A DNA stretch of 60,404 nt, counting the filler, from Sphacelaria rigidula (taxonomy: Eukaryota), in assembly GCA_964200075.2 (NCBI GenBank). It is 7 parts of 7 records of this genome, joined end to end, with 100 filler letters (N's around TTAATTAATTAA, not from the genome) between each part and the next. Parts side by side here need not be neighbours in the genome. Positions count along the whole stretch, not along the records: positions 1 to 8,544 come from CAXNAA020010833.1; positions 8,645 to 17,188 come from CAXNAA020010834.1; 5 more parts are not named here. The stretch is one strand, 5' to 3'. The translations under genes and the position numbers were made by a program. A model generated the notes under the pieces. The model was not told where the DNA came from. It worked only from the letters and a program-made list of their open reading frames with translations, and did no database searches. Shown piece after piece: positions 1 to 12,072 of the stretch (its first letter is position 1; every line of letters begins with the position of its first letter).

Positions 1-1244
1 CAGGGCTTCTCATAATGAGGAGTCTGGCCCGGGGACGGGAGGGGAGGGTTCCCAAAGGGTTAAAATGACTTCGCATCCCTACAAAGCCGGGACGGAACAC
101 GCCAGGTTCTCGCCGGACCAGGCTCGCAATCGGTCACCAAGCGCGAAGCGCCGGGGTGTGTCCGGCGAGTCTCATGAAGGGTGTCAAAATTGTTCGGTGC
201 CGAGTGTACTGATCATCTGGCAATCGGATGACAGCCGGCAATGATTGGCTTCATTTCCTGGTACGGTCACTTCCAGAGACAGCCACCGCTTTTACTCCGT
301 CTCATGAGTGTCTCATCATTAGAACACGAGGTATTTCGACCACCCCCTTTGCGCGGATTCGAGGATCGCCCACCCCGCACCACCTGGTTGCCCAGCCTAC
401 GCCGTGCGTGGCGTGGTTAACAGACTAAAAACAAAAATCAACATCGGTGCGGAACGTTACAAAACCCTCGCGGATGGGCTCGAGTCTTCTAGTGTGACCA
501 TCCGAGATCCCAACTGCAAGGGGTCTCGCTCATCGACATCGAGTCCCAAAAAGGCAGCGTTTGCATACATGGACCTCCTGAAATATCTATACTTCGGGAT
601 GGAAGAGACGCACGGGAAGCTCTCTGCTCAGAAGCTTACCAGGTATCTGTCACCATGCGACGAGGGGCCACTCTCTCGAGGAGGGAACCCGCTTGCCTTT
701 GTAAGACAGGGATAACTTTTTATCGTCATCGCAGAGAGCGTCGTTGCTGCAGTGTAAGGCACAGAAAGGTGAAGTAGAGAACGCCGTTACCCATCTTAAA
801 CGAGTAGACAAGAGAAAGTACAGTGGAGAGCGTTGTTGCACATCGTTCACGACAAGAAAAAAATGCAGCTTGGAGTGAACAGTAAGGGTCGGGCCACACG
901 CGAGAGGCGCAATTATCTCGTCGACAAAGCGATACACGCTTACTTCTCATGGCGAAAACTCAAAACGTGAATAACGTGCGTCACACAAGTCTTGACCGGT
1001 TTGACGACGATGAATTTATGGACCTCGATCGCAGGATCACTGGTGCATACAAAAAACATAGGTATTCAGCACGTGGACACGGAACAGCTAACTTTCAGTG
1101 ACAAGTGCTTCAAGCTGCACGTGAGAACAAAGTGCTCGAGTCTTCCTCCACATCCGCCCCGCTACCTGTATCGACCATTATTTGCAAAAAATCACCAATC
1201 GGAACATGATCGCCAAACCTGAACGGTTTGAAAGCAACACTCAC

Positions 1245-1593
1245 TTGGACAACGGGTCGTTCTTCCACTTGCTCTTGTCGGCCAACTCCGTCACGCACAC
1301 TCGACCTATCCCCCCTCCATCCAGACTCACCATCAGACTCGGCGCTAGCCACTGTTTCACCGATAGCAAAACTTCGCCCCGAACCACGTCTCCGGGGGCA
1401 GGAGGCAGGGACTTAGATGCCTTAGAGGATACCTTAGCAGATGAAGGGGATGTCTCTTGAGCGGTAGCGGGTGCATCGTTCTCTGATTTCTTCTTGTCTT
1501 TTTTTCGCGTCTTTTTTTCAGCGCTTTTTGCGAGGGCGTGCGGGGACATGGCCGGCAGGGCCGAGTCGGGGAGCTCTTCCTGGCTTGGCAGAT
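1245..1593 (-). CDS. RRP5: RRP5-like S1-repeat rRNA biogenesis protein, exon (most 3' exon visible; gene continues beyond window start)
   Basis: CAG acceptor at 1596-1594 and GTGAGT donor at 1244. Encodes an S1-domain start (PGDVVRGEVLLSVK...LMVSLDGGGIGRVCVTELADK..WKNDPLS). Phase matches the upstream exon. Confidence 0.7.
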
Positions 1594-1946
1594 CTGTGGT
1601 CATGGGCGAGGGAAACGGGGGCGGGCGGCGGGGTGTAGGCTTGAAGTGACAAACGTCTGGTACTGGATTACCTACTGTAGGAGAAGTGGCAGAGGTGACG
1701 GCAGCCAAGGTTTTGTCAAGCAAAGGCATGGCTGTAAGGCGAAACGTACCGGTAAAATAGAACAAATCTCGAATCTTCCAAGGGCTAAACGAGCGTTCTC
1801 ATTTTCATTTTGAAGCCATTTTACCGGTGTGACGCTCTGGCCAAGGGCGCTCAGGGTTCCCGCCAAATGCTCAAGCACTACATGCACCACAGCAGACCAC
1901 AAACCGCCCTCGTAGTTAGGCATACCATTAGAGACCTGTCTCACAC

Positions 1947-2149
1947 CTTTGAGCGTGAAAATAAGGCGATGCTGCTCCTTGTCCACGTTGCGCACCAGCA
2001 CACGCATCCCCATTCCCTTTTTAAAAAGCGAACGCGAGGCAGTATCCTTTCCTGACTCATCGCTCATGCTAGCCCAAGGCAGAAGGCCACGGACCGACAT
2101 GGACAGGGATACCATCACCCCGCTATCCATCACCTCTGAGATCACACCC
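1947..2149 (-). CDS. RRP5: RRP5-like protein, exon (S1 domain)
   Basis: GVISEVMDSGVMVSLSMSVRGLLPWASMSD...FKKGMGMRVLVRNVDKEQHRLIFTLK is a typical S1/OB repeat. AG and GT boundaries are phase-consistent with both neighbours. Confidence 0.75.
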
Positions 2150-2947
2150 CTGGTGGAGCACAAGAACGTACAGAGGTGATCGTCATGTGCGCGCGAGAGT
2201 TGGAAGTGCTTCAGTGGGAGAAACGATGCCAGCTTTCATGAAGGGTACTGGTGTGTGGCTACTCCTCTCCAGTGTGAGTCTACTCTTGGAAAAACAGGAG
2301 GGAAGGGAGCATGCGCTGCTCTCTCTTCAAGCAAGAGGTGAGCAGAGAGGGGATGGAAAGCATACGGATAAAATAGAATTTCTACGCGGTTTTGGCTGAT
2401 GTCCTGCCTTCCAAGCGGACGGTCCCTGCAACACTGTACTTGTCTCGCCTTTCACGCCTCCACAGTATCGTTCTATTCGAGGTGACTGATAACCATGTGA
2501 TGGTGGATTAGATCGGCACGAAGGCGCAGCGTCGACTTTTGTCCAATAGATTCTTTTTCGCTGGTCACATCGTCAGGTTTCCAGAGACGGATATCGGACA
2601 CGTCCGGAAAGCGAAAAAAATAGGATCTGCTCAAAATTGCTCTCACATCATTATTCCGCCCCGAATGGTTTCAGGTGGCCCAATTAGACCACCACCGGTG
2701 CATTGCGGCAACCATTCATGACATGAACACGTCTTCCCAGGACTCCCACGTGACCTCTTCCATTTCGTTTATTTTCAACGTCAGACTCAAAACCATACAT
2801 ACACAGACTCTGGCAGTATGAGAAGTGGGGACACTGATGCCCAACACACAAGCATCGACCGCGTCATTTTCACAACGACCAAGGTATCACGGGACACACC
2901 ACAGCTCTACAGAGCCACGAAGACAAGAAAAAACTTGCGGGCAAAAC

Positions 2948-3518
2948 AAGCTGTAGGTAGGTGCCCCCCCCCCCTCGGCGGTACCCCATAATTCACGCAA
3001 GGAGCCGAAAAGTGTGTCCCCTTCGGCGATCGCTGGCGCTCGCGGTGCGGGGCTCAAGTCATAAATCTATGCAGTAGACTTCACTGCCTCCGCCTTCACC
3101 AGTTGGACCTTGAGGGCCCCCGATCGGTGAGACAGGTCTCGAGAGAAGTCCCTGATGCACGCTTAAGCTGCCATATTCGGGTGGCTGATCTTTTGTGCAA
3201 GCTCGCCATCTTTGTTGACGAGACCGCCCAGGTATCGTTACTGATTGGTTTTGTCAACAAAGAGGCAGAGCGCAGGAGATTTACCGCCAGGGAAGTGCAG
3301 CGTGGGCGTGCGTCAGGAAGTTTTTTAGACACCCATCTGACCGTCCAGGAGTACTCAAGGCTGGACTGTCGAAACCGAAGACCACGAAGGCTTCACTGTA
3401 GGGATACATGACGTGCGCCTCGCGCAACGAGCACCACAGCTTGCTGGGAAATACACACCATCGCTTTTTCCTGCGAGTTATGGGGTACCGCCGGGTGCGG
3501 AGCACCTACCGACAGCTT
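2948..3518. mobile_element. Intronic non-autonomous TIR element (MITE-like)
   Basis: About 55-bp imperfect terminal inverted repeats: aagctgtaggtaggtgc...cggcggtaccccataattc versus gagttatggggtaccgccg...gcacctaccgacagctt. Confidence 0.6.
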
Positions 3519-4849
3519 TCATACGTTAAGCCATTATTCGGCAGCAGCGATTGCTGTTCGCGGGCGCCCTGACCAGATAACCAGACGAATGTCTGCCGAA
3601 GCCACTGGCGTTCGAACCACGCGTGAGGGGAGAGGGTCCGGGACGAGCGCACCCGGAGCCAAGCTAACTGAAGTGCCTGAGGGATGACCTCCAGGCTGTC
3701 GGAGCCACAGACGGCACTACGACGACTACTCGTAAACTTTCGGAGTCGACGGCGTACTGTGGACCCCAGAAGCGAACCAGGAGGAAACACAGTGGCACGC
3801 GAGGGTGCTGCGGGGAGCGAGAGGTTTCATGATCTTATGGTAACAGGGACGATGCGGACGACAACCGGCTACGTGCGAGTAAACGAGACATCAAGGAATT
3901 GAAGAAACAAGAACGATGGAAGACCATGTGGGGGATACACAGAAAGTAATAAATGAGAAGAGGCCAACAGTCGGAGGGAGCAGGAGGGAGATGGCAGAAC
4001 GTGTAGCCAGATATGTACGAGCTGGGCCAGCCTAAAAGCTGCCAAAACTTGCTCACACCACTCCTTCCCCAGTTTCCCGAATGAACCCGATGTAAGCCTG
4101 GTATCACTGTGGAGTGTAGACCAACCTGGTAACACACGGCACCGCCGCAAAATGAAGAAAAAATGAAAAGAAAATGTACTGCATCATGTATGACCTGAAC
4201 GACGGAAAAGAACAAGAGAATCGTTGGGATTAGTCTCATGACCTCCATGATTGGAGTTTCCCATCACTTGATTTTTAGTGGTACAGCAGCGTCACGGAAA
4301 ATGTTGAACGCACGGCCCAACACAACGAGTCTCAAGCTGAAATTCATGGTGGACCTTTTGAGCCCAAGGAACTGAGACTTCACGTGTCCAGCTGCAGATT
4401 TTCCTTTTTTTCCTGGACTCATGGCATTATCTTGTTTTTGCTGAAATTTCAAATCCTCATGACTTTTTTTCTCCGTCTCTTTGCTGGCCCCGTGATGTTC
4501 TGCATTTCGTTCATGAAAAGCTGCTGTCAAAATTTCAGCGTCCAACTCCTGACATCACGCCGCCCAGCTCGTACCGGACTGAATACGGCGGAGGTGGCGG
4601 GAATATCCTCCATATCCGAATGTATTGACTTTTGCTGAAACATTGCCCCCATTTCACGCTCCGGCCAAATGTGCTGAGTTTACATGTCTGGTATATACGC
4701 ACCTACGGCATACATATGGGTGTCACTCAATTGTCTGCGTACAACAGGTGTGACTGGACGGTGACCCGACACTCCTAATAGTAGTACCTGCAATGATCCT
4801 GATAATAGTACCTGCAATCCATGACAAATCAATTCACAACCAACCTGCG

Positions 4850-5950
4850 ACACTCCGCTCAGAATCTTACCAGGTTTCTGTCACCACGATATAAGAGTAA
4901 GACAGGGATAACCTTTCTCGTCATTGCTGAGTGCTGCTAGAAATCACAACTTGGATGTAGAAGTACTCACGACTCGGTGTCCATCAAATGGTGGAATCCA
5001 TTTCCTCAAAGACCGGGTTGCCGAACTGACGCATGGATCGGATACAAGACGTTTCTGAGGCAGTGTGAAAGACTAGGCTCCAAATGATAATACCGCTTTG
5101 GGGGCGGCGGAAGACTGGCTACTGTGACGTGCCGGTGCCCTCGTCACGGAGTCCACGTTGGCGACTACATAGCGTGTACCAAATTCAAGTCCTTTGAGGA
5201 GTGCCATATCTCCTGGGAACGGGGTCAGCTACACAGCAACTGCCCGATGAGTGGAGAAAGACTCCTTTGTGCAGGTTGTTGAAGTTGGCGAAGATTCATT
5301 TAGAACGCCAAGGACATCAAGAATATCACGAACTTGCTCGCAACACAGTATGTGCCTTGTGTAACTCAAATCTACTTCGAGGTCCACGTGGACGAAAATA
5401 TGAGCATCATGATCAAGTTTTTTGGGGGCGATTTGCACACGGCAGAAGCGAAGACACAACGAGTGTTTTGTGTCACCCATATCATGTGGGCAACACGTGG
5501 AAGCGGTTCTCGTGAACTGGACAGAGCAAACAGGGAAAGGATAATTTCCGCCTGATTCCATTCGGCAATGTATCTCACTTTCCGCTACGACGCCACCTTT
5601 TTGAAGTTGACCTTGAACACCAAGGACACCACGCGAACTCTCGCGCCTTTTAGGGGAGTTAGAGACGGCGACGGATCGTTCGCCACTGATACTACCGATG
5701 ACAGGCTCACGTAACCCACTTCCCCATGGGTAATCATGCGCAATCATGATGCAGGCGTCATGTGTTCGACGGATTTTACTGGTTCTGGTTGTAGCACACT
5801 TTTCCATCGTCGAGGGACCCAGCCATGGTGACGACGTAACATGTAACCGAGGTGGAAGTTTTTCTCAAAGAGCCCGCGTGATCAGTCGGGGTATCAAGAA
5901 ACAGCGGCATCACCAAAATATACGGGGGATGCACTCTGGGGAAATCTCGG
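4850..5950 (+). pseudogene. Degenerate MULE/FAR1-like transposase relic (boundaries approximate)
   Basis: Stop-interrupted frame reads YFEVHVDENMSIMIKFFGGD...TFRYDATF...LAPFRGV, resembling the FAR1/MULE motifs FxxxxDExGxxxxxFWAD and FDxTY...LAPFVGV. 4857-4935 is homologous to about 625-750. Confidence 0.45.
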
Positions 5951-6118
5951 ACGATGTTTTCGATAATAACCAAAGATACATGCATTTTTCATTTACAAGA
6001 ACGAAATAATTACTGACGTGGCTTTCTCAAACATGACAAAAATGACGTAAAATATAAGCTATTTACAGTTTCACGAAATAACTGCTTTGCACAGCAGCCC
6101 ATAGACGTCACGGCTCAC

Positions 6119-6327
6119 CTGTGAACCTCCCCTTGCTTAGGCTCCCTGTCACCCCACCAAGGCGGGGATGTCACAGGGGATGGCTTATTTTCACTCGCGT
6201 CATCTTTCGCTGCCCCCTCTGGAGACAAGCCCAACTCCAACAACCTGAACACGAGGTTCGAGTCATTCTTCCCCGGTTGGTCTTCCGAGCGCAACACTTT
6301 CGCCATCAGCACTTGGCCCACGTAGTA
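6119..6327 (-). CDS. RRP5: RRP5-like protein, exon
   Basis: CAG|YYVGQVLMAKVLRSE...RLLELGL...PKQGEVH|GTGAGC. The phase-2 end joins exon 1947-2149 in frame. Confidence 0.7.
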
Positions 6328-6875
6328 CTGGGTGGTGCAAACAAGTTACACGCGTGCAAGGCCAATCAATCGATCAGAATATCCGCCATTTTCCTCCAAT
6401 AGATCTGCACGATACCCGCATCAACGTCATGAATGAACTCTCGGAAAACGATATAAAAACGGACACTTTGCTCACTCGCAACTGCGAAATCCAATCCTCT
6501 CGAGCAACTGACGATGCCTGGCACACGCCACGTGTCGAAGTTGAGCGTTGACAGGTGTTCACGTAAAGTGCACGCACTGCACGAGAAAACACGGCACTAC
6601 CCGGAATCAACTCACGCTTGCTAGATGGTCGGCACAAGCGACGAGAAACACAACTCAATACACTGCTCAGAACGGACCATCTGTCTCAATTTTTTTCACG
6701 TTGACAACAGCATGCCACGAGGAAAGACATTTTGACGGTCCCAGGATCACCGACCCGTTTGGCTTAAACCTACATCAAGTCTCTGTTACCTGAGCCATCC
6801 ACAAGACAACCCTCAACCCTTCAAACACGGAAGGTATGATGGACAGCATTCCAGTAACGTTCCACGCACTCTTAC

Positions 6876-7172
6876 CTTGGAGAGGGGGTGCCATTTTGGC
6901 AGAGCAACGGCGTCATCGTGCGCCAAACCCGACGCGGACGCTTCCGAGCTCGCAGCCTCGCTCGGCGCGTCGACAGCCGGTTTGCCTGCGGCGGTCAAGT
7001 GCACCTTAGCCCGGATTCGGACGATCTTTTTGCGGTTCGCGTCACGGTCATCGCTCTTCGACTTGGCATTGAAATCACCGTCACTAGGCTCCTCTTCGGA
7101 GTCACGACGACGCTTCTTGTTAGGCTCGTCAACACCGTCCTCGTCCTCGTCATCACCCTCGTCTTCCTCACG
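6876..7172 (-). CDS. RRP5: RRP5-like protein, exon (acidic/basic linker)
   Basis: 297 bp, TGCAG acceptor, GTAAGA donor, phase 0-0, open frame REEDEGDD...KWHPLSK. Confidence 0.65.
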
Positions 7173-7884
7173 CTGCAATATGCACGACATATTGTTTAGG
7201 GAGGAAAGGTGCACAATCAGAGGAGAGTACGGAACACGACATGGCAGCGGGGGACGCCGATATGGGGATGTTGACATGGTGGGGGACAAGGAGGCCACAC
7301 ATGGTCGCGTACGGCCGATTCCACGAAAGTGCGGCTCCGGGTACAAAACAGATTCAGGTTCAAATCGTGTCCTCCGACAACTGAAACAGTGACGGGCAAA
7401 AAAAACCGCATGAGCACAACAGGGGGGGGGCGGGGAGCGCCGTGTAGGCAACAGTCGGGAAATCGGAGGCAGAGTATACAACAGAATACGTGTTCCAAGA
7501 CAGGGCTTCCCCGGGTGATACAAATAGAAAAAAGGGCGCGAAGACAACGAGGCACCGATGGAGCCACGTTAGTACGCAAGAACCCTAATGAAGTTCATGT
7601 CGACTGCGCGAGAGAGATACGACATCTAGTCCAAACCGCGGCAGCATTTCTCATTACAGCGCCATTACAACCCATCGTCATAAACAGGGCAGTGAAAAAC
7701 AGAAAATGAAGTGTCGAGAGCATGTCCATGGCCATGAGTCACGAATCCGATACTGTACGCATGTCATTTCGTGTCCATTTTCTTGTCCAGAATATCCCAT
7801 CCACGAGCATTTTCCCGCCCTTCCAACTCTTTAGCCTGGAACGTCGCCTTGCAAGAGTTTCGCTGGCTGACAGGGGGGTGGTGT

Positions 7885-8381
7885 TTTCAGGGTTCTTCGG
7901 GACTAATTTCTATTTAGATGCTCAACATTCACATGGAAACAGCTGCTCTGGACCTCAGATGTGGCTTAGTATATCGGAGTCCATCTGAACACGGGTTCGC
8001 GGTGTGAGCATTGAGATCCAGAAAGAAGTTTGTCACGATCCACCCTTCCCATAGGTCATTAAACGCACCTCAGCCGCTGCATCCTCATCCTCCCCCAAAC
8101 CTTCCTTTTGCTCCTGCCCCTTGCTTGACCGCATTTCAGGGTTCTTCGGGACTAATTTCTATTTAGATGCTCAACATTCACATGGAAACAGCTGCTCTGG
8201 ACCTCAGATGTGGCTTAGTATATCGGAGTCCATCTGAACACGGGTTCGCGGTGTGAGGATTGAGATCCAGAAAGAAGTTTGTCACGATCCACCCTTCCCA
8301 TAGGTCATTAAACGCACCTCAGCCGCTGCATCCTCATCCTCCCCCAAACCTTCCTTTTGCTCCTGCCCCTTGCTTGACCGC
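7885..8381. repeat. Tandem duplication, two 248-bp copies (period 249)
   Basis: 7885-8132 and 8134-8381 differ at one base that I could see. The unit includes the 3' part of an exon and its splice donor. Confidence 0.9.
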
Positions 8382-8461
8382 CTGCCATAACTCTTGGGGT
8401 ACCGTACGGCCACCTTGACATCTAGGCGGTCCTCGTGTATCCCGATTACCTCGCATGCGAC
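8318..8461 (-). CDS. RRP5: RRP5-like protein, exon (most 5' exon visible)
   Basis: 144 bp, TTCAG acceptor, GTGCGT donor, VACEVIGIHEDRLDVKV (S1-like strands). Upstream exons are cut off by the linker. Confidence 0.6.
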
Positions 8462-8544
8462 CTGAATATTAACAAGACGGACAAACATGGAAATACACGC
8501 CGGGTTCAAAGAGGGGTGAAGACGCTTCCAGGTGAGAGCTAATA

Positions 8545-8644
8545 NNNNNNNNNNNNNNNNNNNNNNNNNNNNNNNNNNNNNNNNNNNNTTAATTAATTAA
8601 NNNNNNNNNNNNNNNNNNNNNNNNNNNNNNNNNNNNNNNNNNNN
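8545..8644. other. Artificial linker (44N-TTAATTAATTAA-44N); identical linkers at 17189-17288, 25833-25932, 34476-34575, 43119-43218 and 51762-51861
   Basis: Six identical 100-bp spacers with an all-frame stop core, separating segments of 8544, 8544, 8544, 8543, 8543, 8543 and 8543 bp. Confidence 0.98.
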
Positions 8645-11600
8645 GCAATACGGGGAAGATAAGAAGAACACGAATGGGGTAGAAATGCTCAAGGTCCGTG
8701 AGCATAACGAGATGAAGACGCTGAACGATAGAGTACTAAAACAACAGGCGCAATGGACTTGGACGAGGCAATCCAAAGGAAAGAGAGAACGCTATGTTCA
8801 TGACTATGTAGTGATGGGCATGAAAACAGTGAAGGAATGGAAGTACATGTGTGCGCGGAGGACGTGGGAACCACAGATCACTGCCCAATATGGGCAGAAA
8901 GCCAACAGACGAGAGCGAAAAGAAGTAGGCGGAGTGGGAAGTTGTACAAATGGCGAATCGATAAACTAGATATTGAAGAAAGACGGCAAGAGTTCCAACG
9001 AAAAAGGGCCAAAAATGAAATGAAAATTTCCGACCTGTTGGAGCGCGTAGGTACAGTTGATACCGAAATGGAAAGAAATCGGGCAGGTGCGAAGATTGTA
9101 GGAGGATGGGAGCAATTGGTCAAGAACACAGCGAGTAGAGTCATAGGGAGGAAAGTGATAGTATGCAACAGAGCAGTAAACCGGTAGGATGAGGAAGTAA
9201 AAGAGGCTATCAGAGTAAGGAGAGAGGCCCACGCGAGATCGGTGTCGAGCAAAACTACGGTAGCACGGGAGGAGTATGCTAAAGGTCGGAGGGAAGTAAA
9301 AAAGATGGTACAGAAGAAGAAGAAGGAAGCTTGGGAAGGTGTAGTGAGAAAAACTAGTGAAGATTTCAATGGCGGGATAAAACAAATGTGGGTAGGGATA
9401 AAAGAGATGATGGGAAACCAGGCAAAAAAGGTTGACAACGGGATAGCCACACTCCGGGCACAGAACGGTTTAATGGTCAGCACTTCGAAGGGGAAGAGAG
9501 AAGTGCTAGTCGAGCACTATCGTAAACTAGGAACGCCAAAAACTAACACGAAGTTCGACACGGAATTCGAAAAATAAATCAATGCGTAGGCAGAAGCAAA
9601 TGTAGAGGCGTCAAAACGGGAGGATAGTGGCCCGAAATAATTGCAGAGATAATTTACCAGAGATGAAGTAAAGGAGTGCGTAGCTAGACTCAAGAACAAA
9701 AAGGCAGCAGGGGCAGACGGAATAGTGAATAGATTTCTGAAGCATGGGGGGGTCTACTCATGATCATGAATGCCATAGTCATCAGACCATTGACCTCGCA
9801 TCCCTACAATCAATCACCAAGCGCGAAGCGCGGTGGTGTGTTCGGCGAGTCGCACGAACGGTGAGCTACATCCTGCTAAGATTGTTCGGCCCAATTTCTG
9901 AAGCATGGGGGGAAGGAATGATTACCATGATGGTTATGCTGTATAACTTGATCTGGGAAAACGAGTACACACCCAAGAGGTGGAGAGAAGGAGTAGTAGT
10001 CAACCTTTTCAAAAAAGAAGACAAGGCTGACCCAGGGAACTATAGAGGGATAACGCTACTGAGCACGGTAGGGAAAACATTCTGTAAGGTTCTGAACGAT
10101 AGAGTAGGAACGATGGTAGAGAAGGAAGAGAAAATCAGCGAGGGATAAGCAGGATTTAGACTAAACCATAGTTGCGTAGACCATGTGTACACACCGGGCG
10201 GACAACGTACTGTTTCTTTCTGGACGTGCGAAAGGCTTATGGCATAGTATGGAGAAATGGGTTGTGGAAAAAGTTGTGGGAAACTGGGATCAGAGGAAAG
10301 ATGTGGAGGATGGTGGAGAAGATGACAGAACGTGCCAAAAGTGCCATGATGCTAGGTGAGGAAATATCGAAATATTTCGATAGCTTACAAGGAGTTGCAC
10401 AAGAATGTACGTCATCATACATGATCACCCACGTCATTCAAGTCATTCATTAATGACTTGATAATAGCAATAAAAGCAAGGGGTTCGGGTGAGGGAAGAT
10501 ATGGTATCAGGATTGATGTTCGCAGATAATTTTGTGGGGATTTTAGGAACACCAGAAGGATTGCAAAAACAGATAGACAAGGCGCTAGAAAAATGTATAG
10601 TTTTACTTTTTTATAACTCTGCCTACTCAGGGTAATAGGGCCGAAAAACTGTGTTTCACGGTCAATAACACCCTCCTGATGAAGGGGTTATTTACTCGTT
10701 TCGCCCGATAACACCAAAAAAAGCTGACTTGGGCACTGTGTTTCGAAGATGATCTGTTTCGTTGTACCAAAATCTACTGACGCTAGCAATTTCGAGTTCT
10801 ATCGAAGAGTAGTACGCGAGGAAAACCCCAAAACACCCCTAAATACTTAGACCGCTCACTACTGTACATACCTTGGCGTAGATATCTCAAAACACTGTTC
10901 TTGGGATGCACTCATAAACAAAGTAATAGAAAAGGGTAAGGCACAGATAGGCGGAATGGACGTGATCCTCAGAGATTCGTACCTAGACACAAGGATCAAG
11001 AGATGTAACCTGATGAACGTGATCGTATCAAAGCTGGAATATGCAGGAGAAGTATGGGAGCGAACGCGAAGTTGGTGGAGAGGTTAGAAACAGTACAGAT
11101 GGCAGCAGCTTCCTTCCTGTCCTCTGGGGACAAAAAAAGAAGAAGATGGCAGCAGCTAAGAAAAAACTTGGATGCTCGAAAACGACGAATAATACAGCAT
11201 TGAGGACAGAGTTGGGAATGTACTCACTTGAAACAAAGAGAGATATGAGGAAATTGAGATGGCAATATAGAGTAAAGAACATGCAGAGAGATAGAGAGAT
11301 TGCCAGCTATAGTTGATAGGGCTGTATGGAGGAAAATTACGAAAGGGCAGGCTGGAATAAGGTGGGATACAGAGGTCGAGAAAGTGTGGAAGGAGATAGG
11401 CGAAAACCAAGACGAAATACTGTCTGCAGGTGAAGGCGCGGGATACAAGGCAAAAGTAAGAGACATGATCGAAATAAGGGGAAAAGGAACGCTCAGACGC
11501 AAAGTAGACGAAGAAGAGCACCTGGAGATATACGGGTGGTTGGGAGAACGGGTCGGAATGAAAACATATTTGCATGGCCCAATGGACGCGGCGAAAAATA

Positions 11601-12072
11601 TGAAACTGCGGTTTCGGGTGGGGAACCTGAACCTGCCAGAGAGAAGGAAGAGATATATCAGTCGTCGAAAGGAGGAGGAAGTAGATAGACAGAACCGCCT
11701 CTGTGGCAAAGGAATACAGAGCAGAAGTCATATAGTGGCAGAATGTGAAGTATACAAGGAGGAATGAGACGTGCTAGAGAGGGAAGTGCGGGACGTGAAG
11801 GAAGGTGGCATGGAATCGTTTGATCCATTAGACAGTAGCGAGAAAACGATGGTTATACTAGGAAATAGATGGTGGCCAAAGACGGCGAAACAGGACGGGG
11901 ATAAGATATGTAAGAGGTTCTTGTGTAATGTATGGAAGAAACCTAATGAGCGCCGGAATGTTGGGAGTGTCTCTTTCAGGAGTAGGAACGGTGCTCAGTC
12001 TCGAAAGGGATGCGTGGTCAAGGGTCACACGACTAGCACAAGCAACAAATGAGTACACCCCCCCCCTTCCCC
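8645..12072 (+). mobile_element. Decayed LINE (APE endonuclease C-terminus, reverse transcriptase, C-terminal CCHC); 5' end cut by the linker
   Basis: APE-like DYVVM...TDH; RT motifs KAAGADGI, WREGVVVNLFKK..DPGNYRGITLLSTVGK, FFLDVRKAY, QGVAQEC, MFADNF and YLGV; zinc knuckle CGKGIQSRSHIVAEC. Many stops and frameshifts, two internal insertions. Confidence 0.93.
9752..9893. mobile_element. 142-bp insertion in the LINE with a 19-bp flanking duplication
   Basis: atttctgaagcatgggggg at 9733-9751 and 9894-9912. The insert is homologous to about 64-200. Confidence 0.8.

Noticed and set aside
10640..10720. Hammerhead ribozyme (CTGATGA core)
   Set aside because: No correctly placed GAAA after stem II and no flanking stems found.
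8461..12072. LINE as an intronic insertion in the RRP5-like gene
   Set aside because: The two are separated by an artificial linker, so adjacency is not real.
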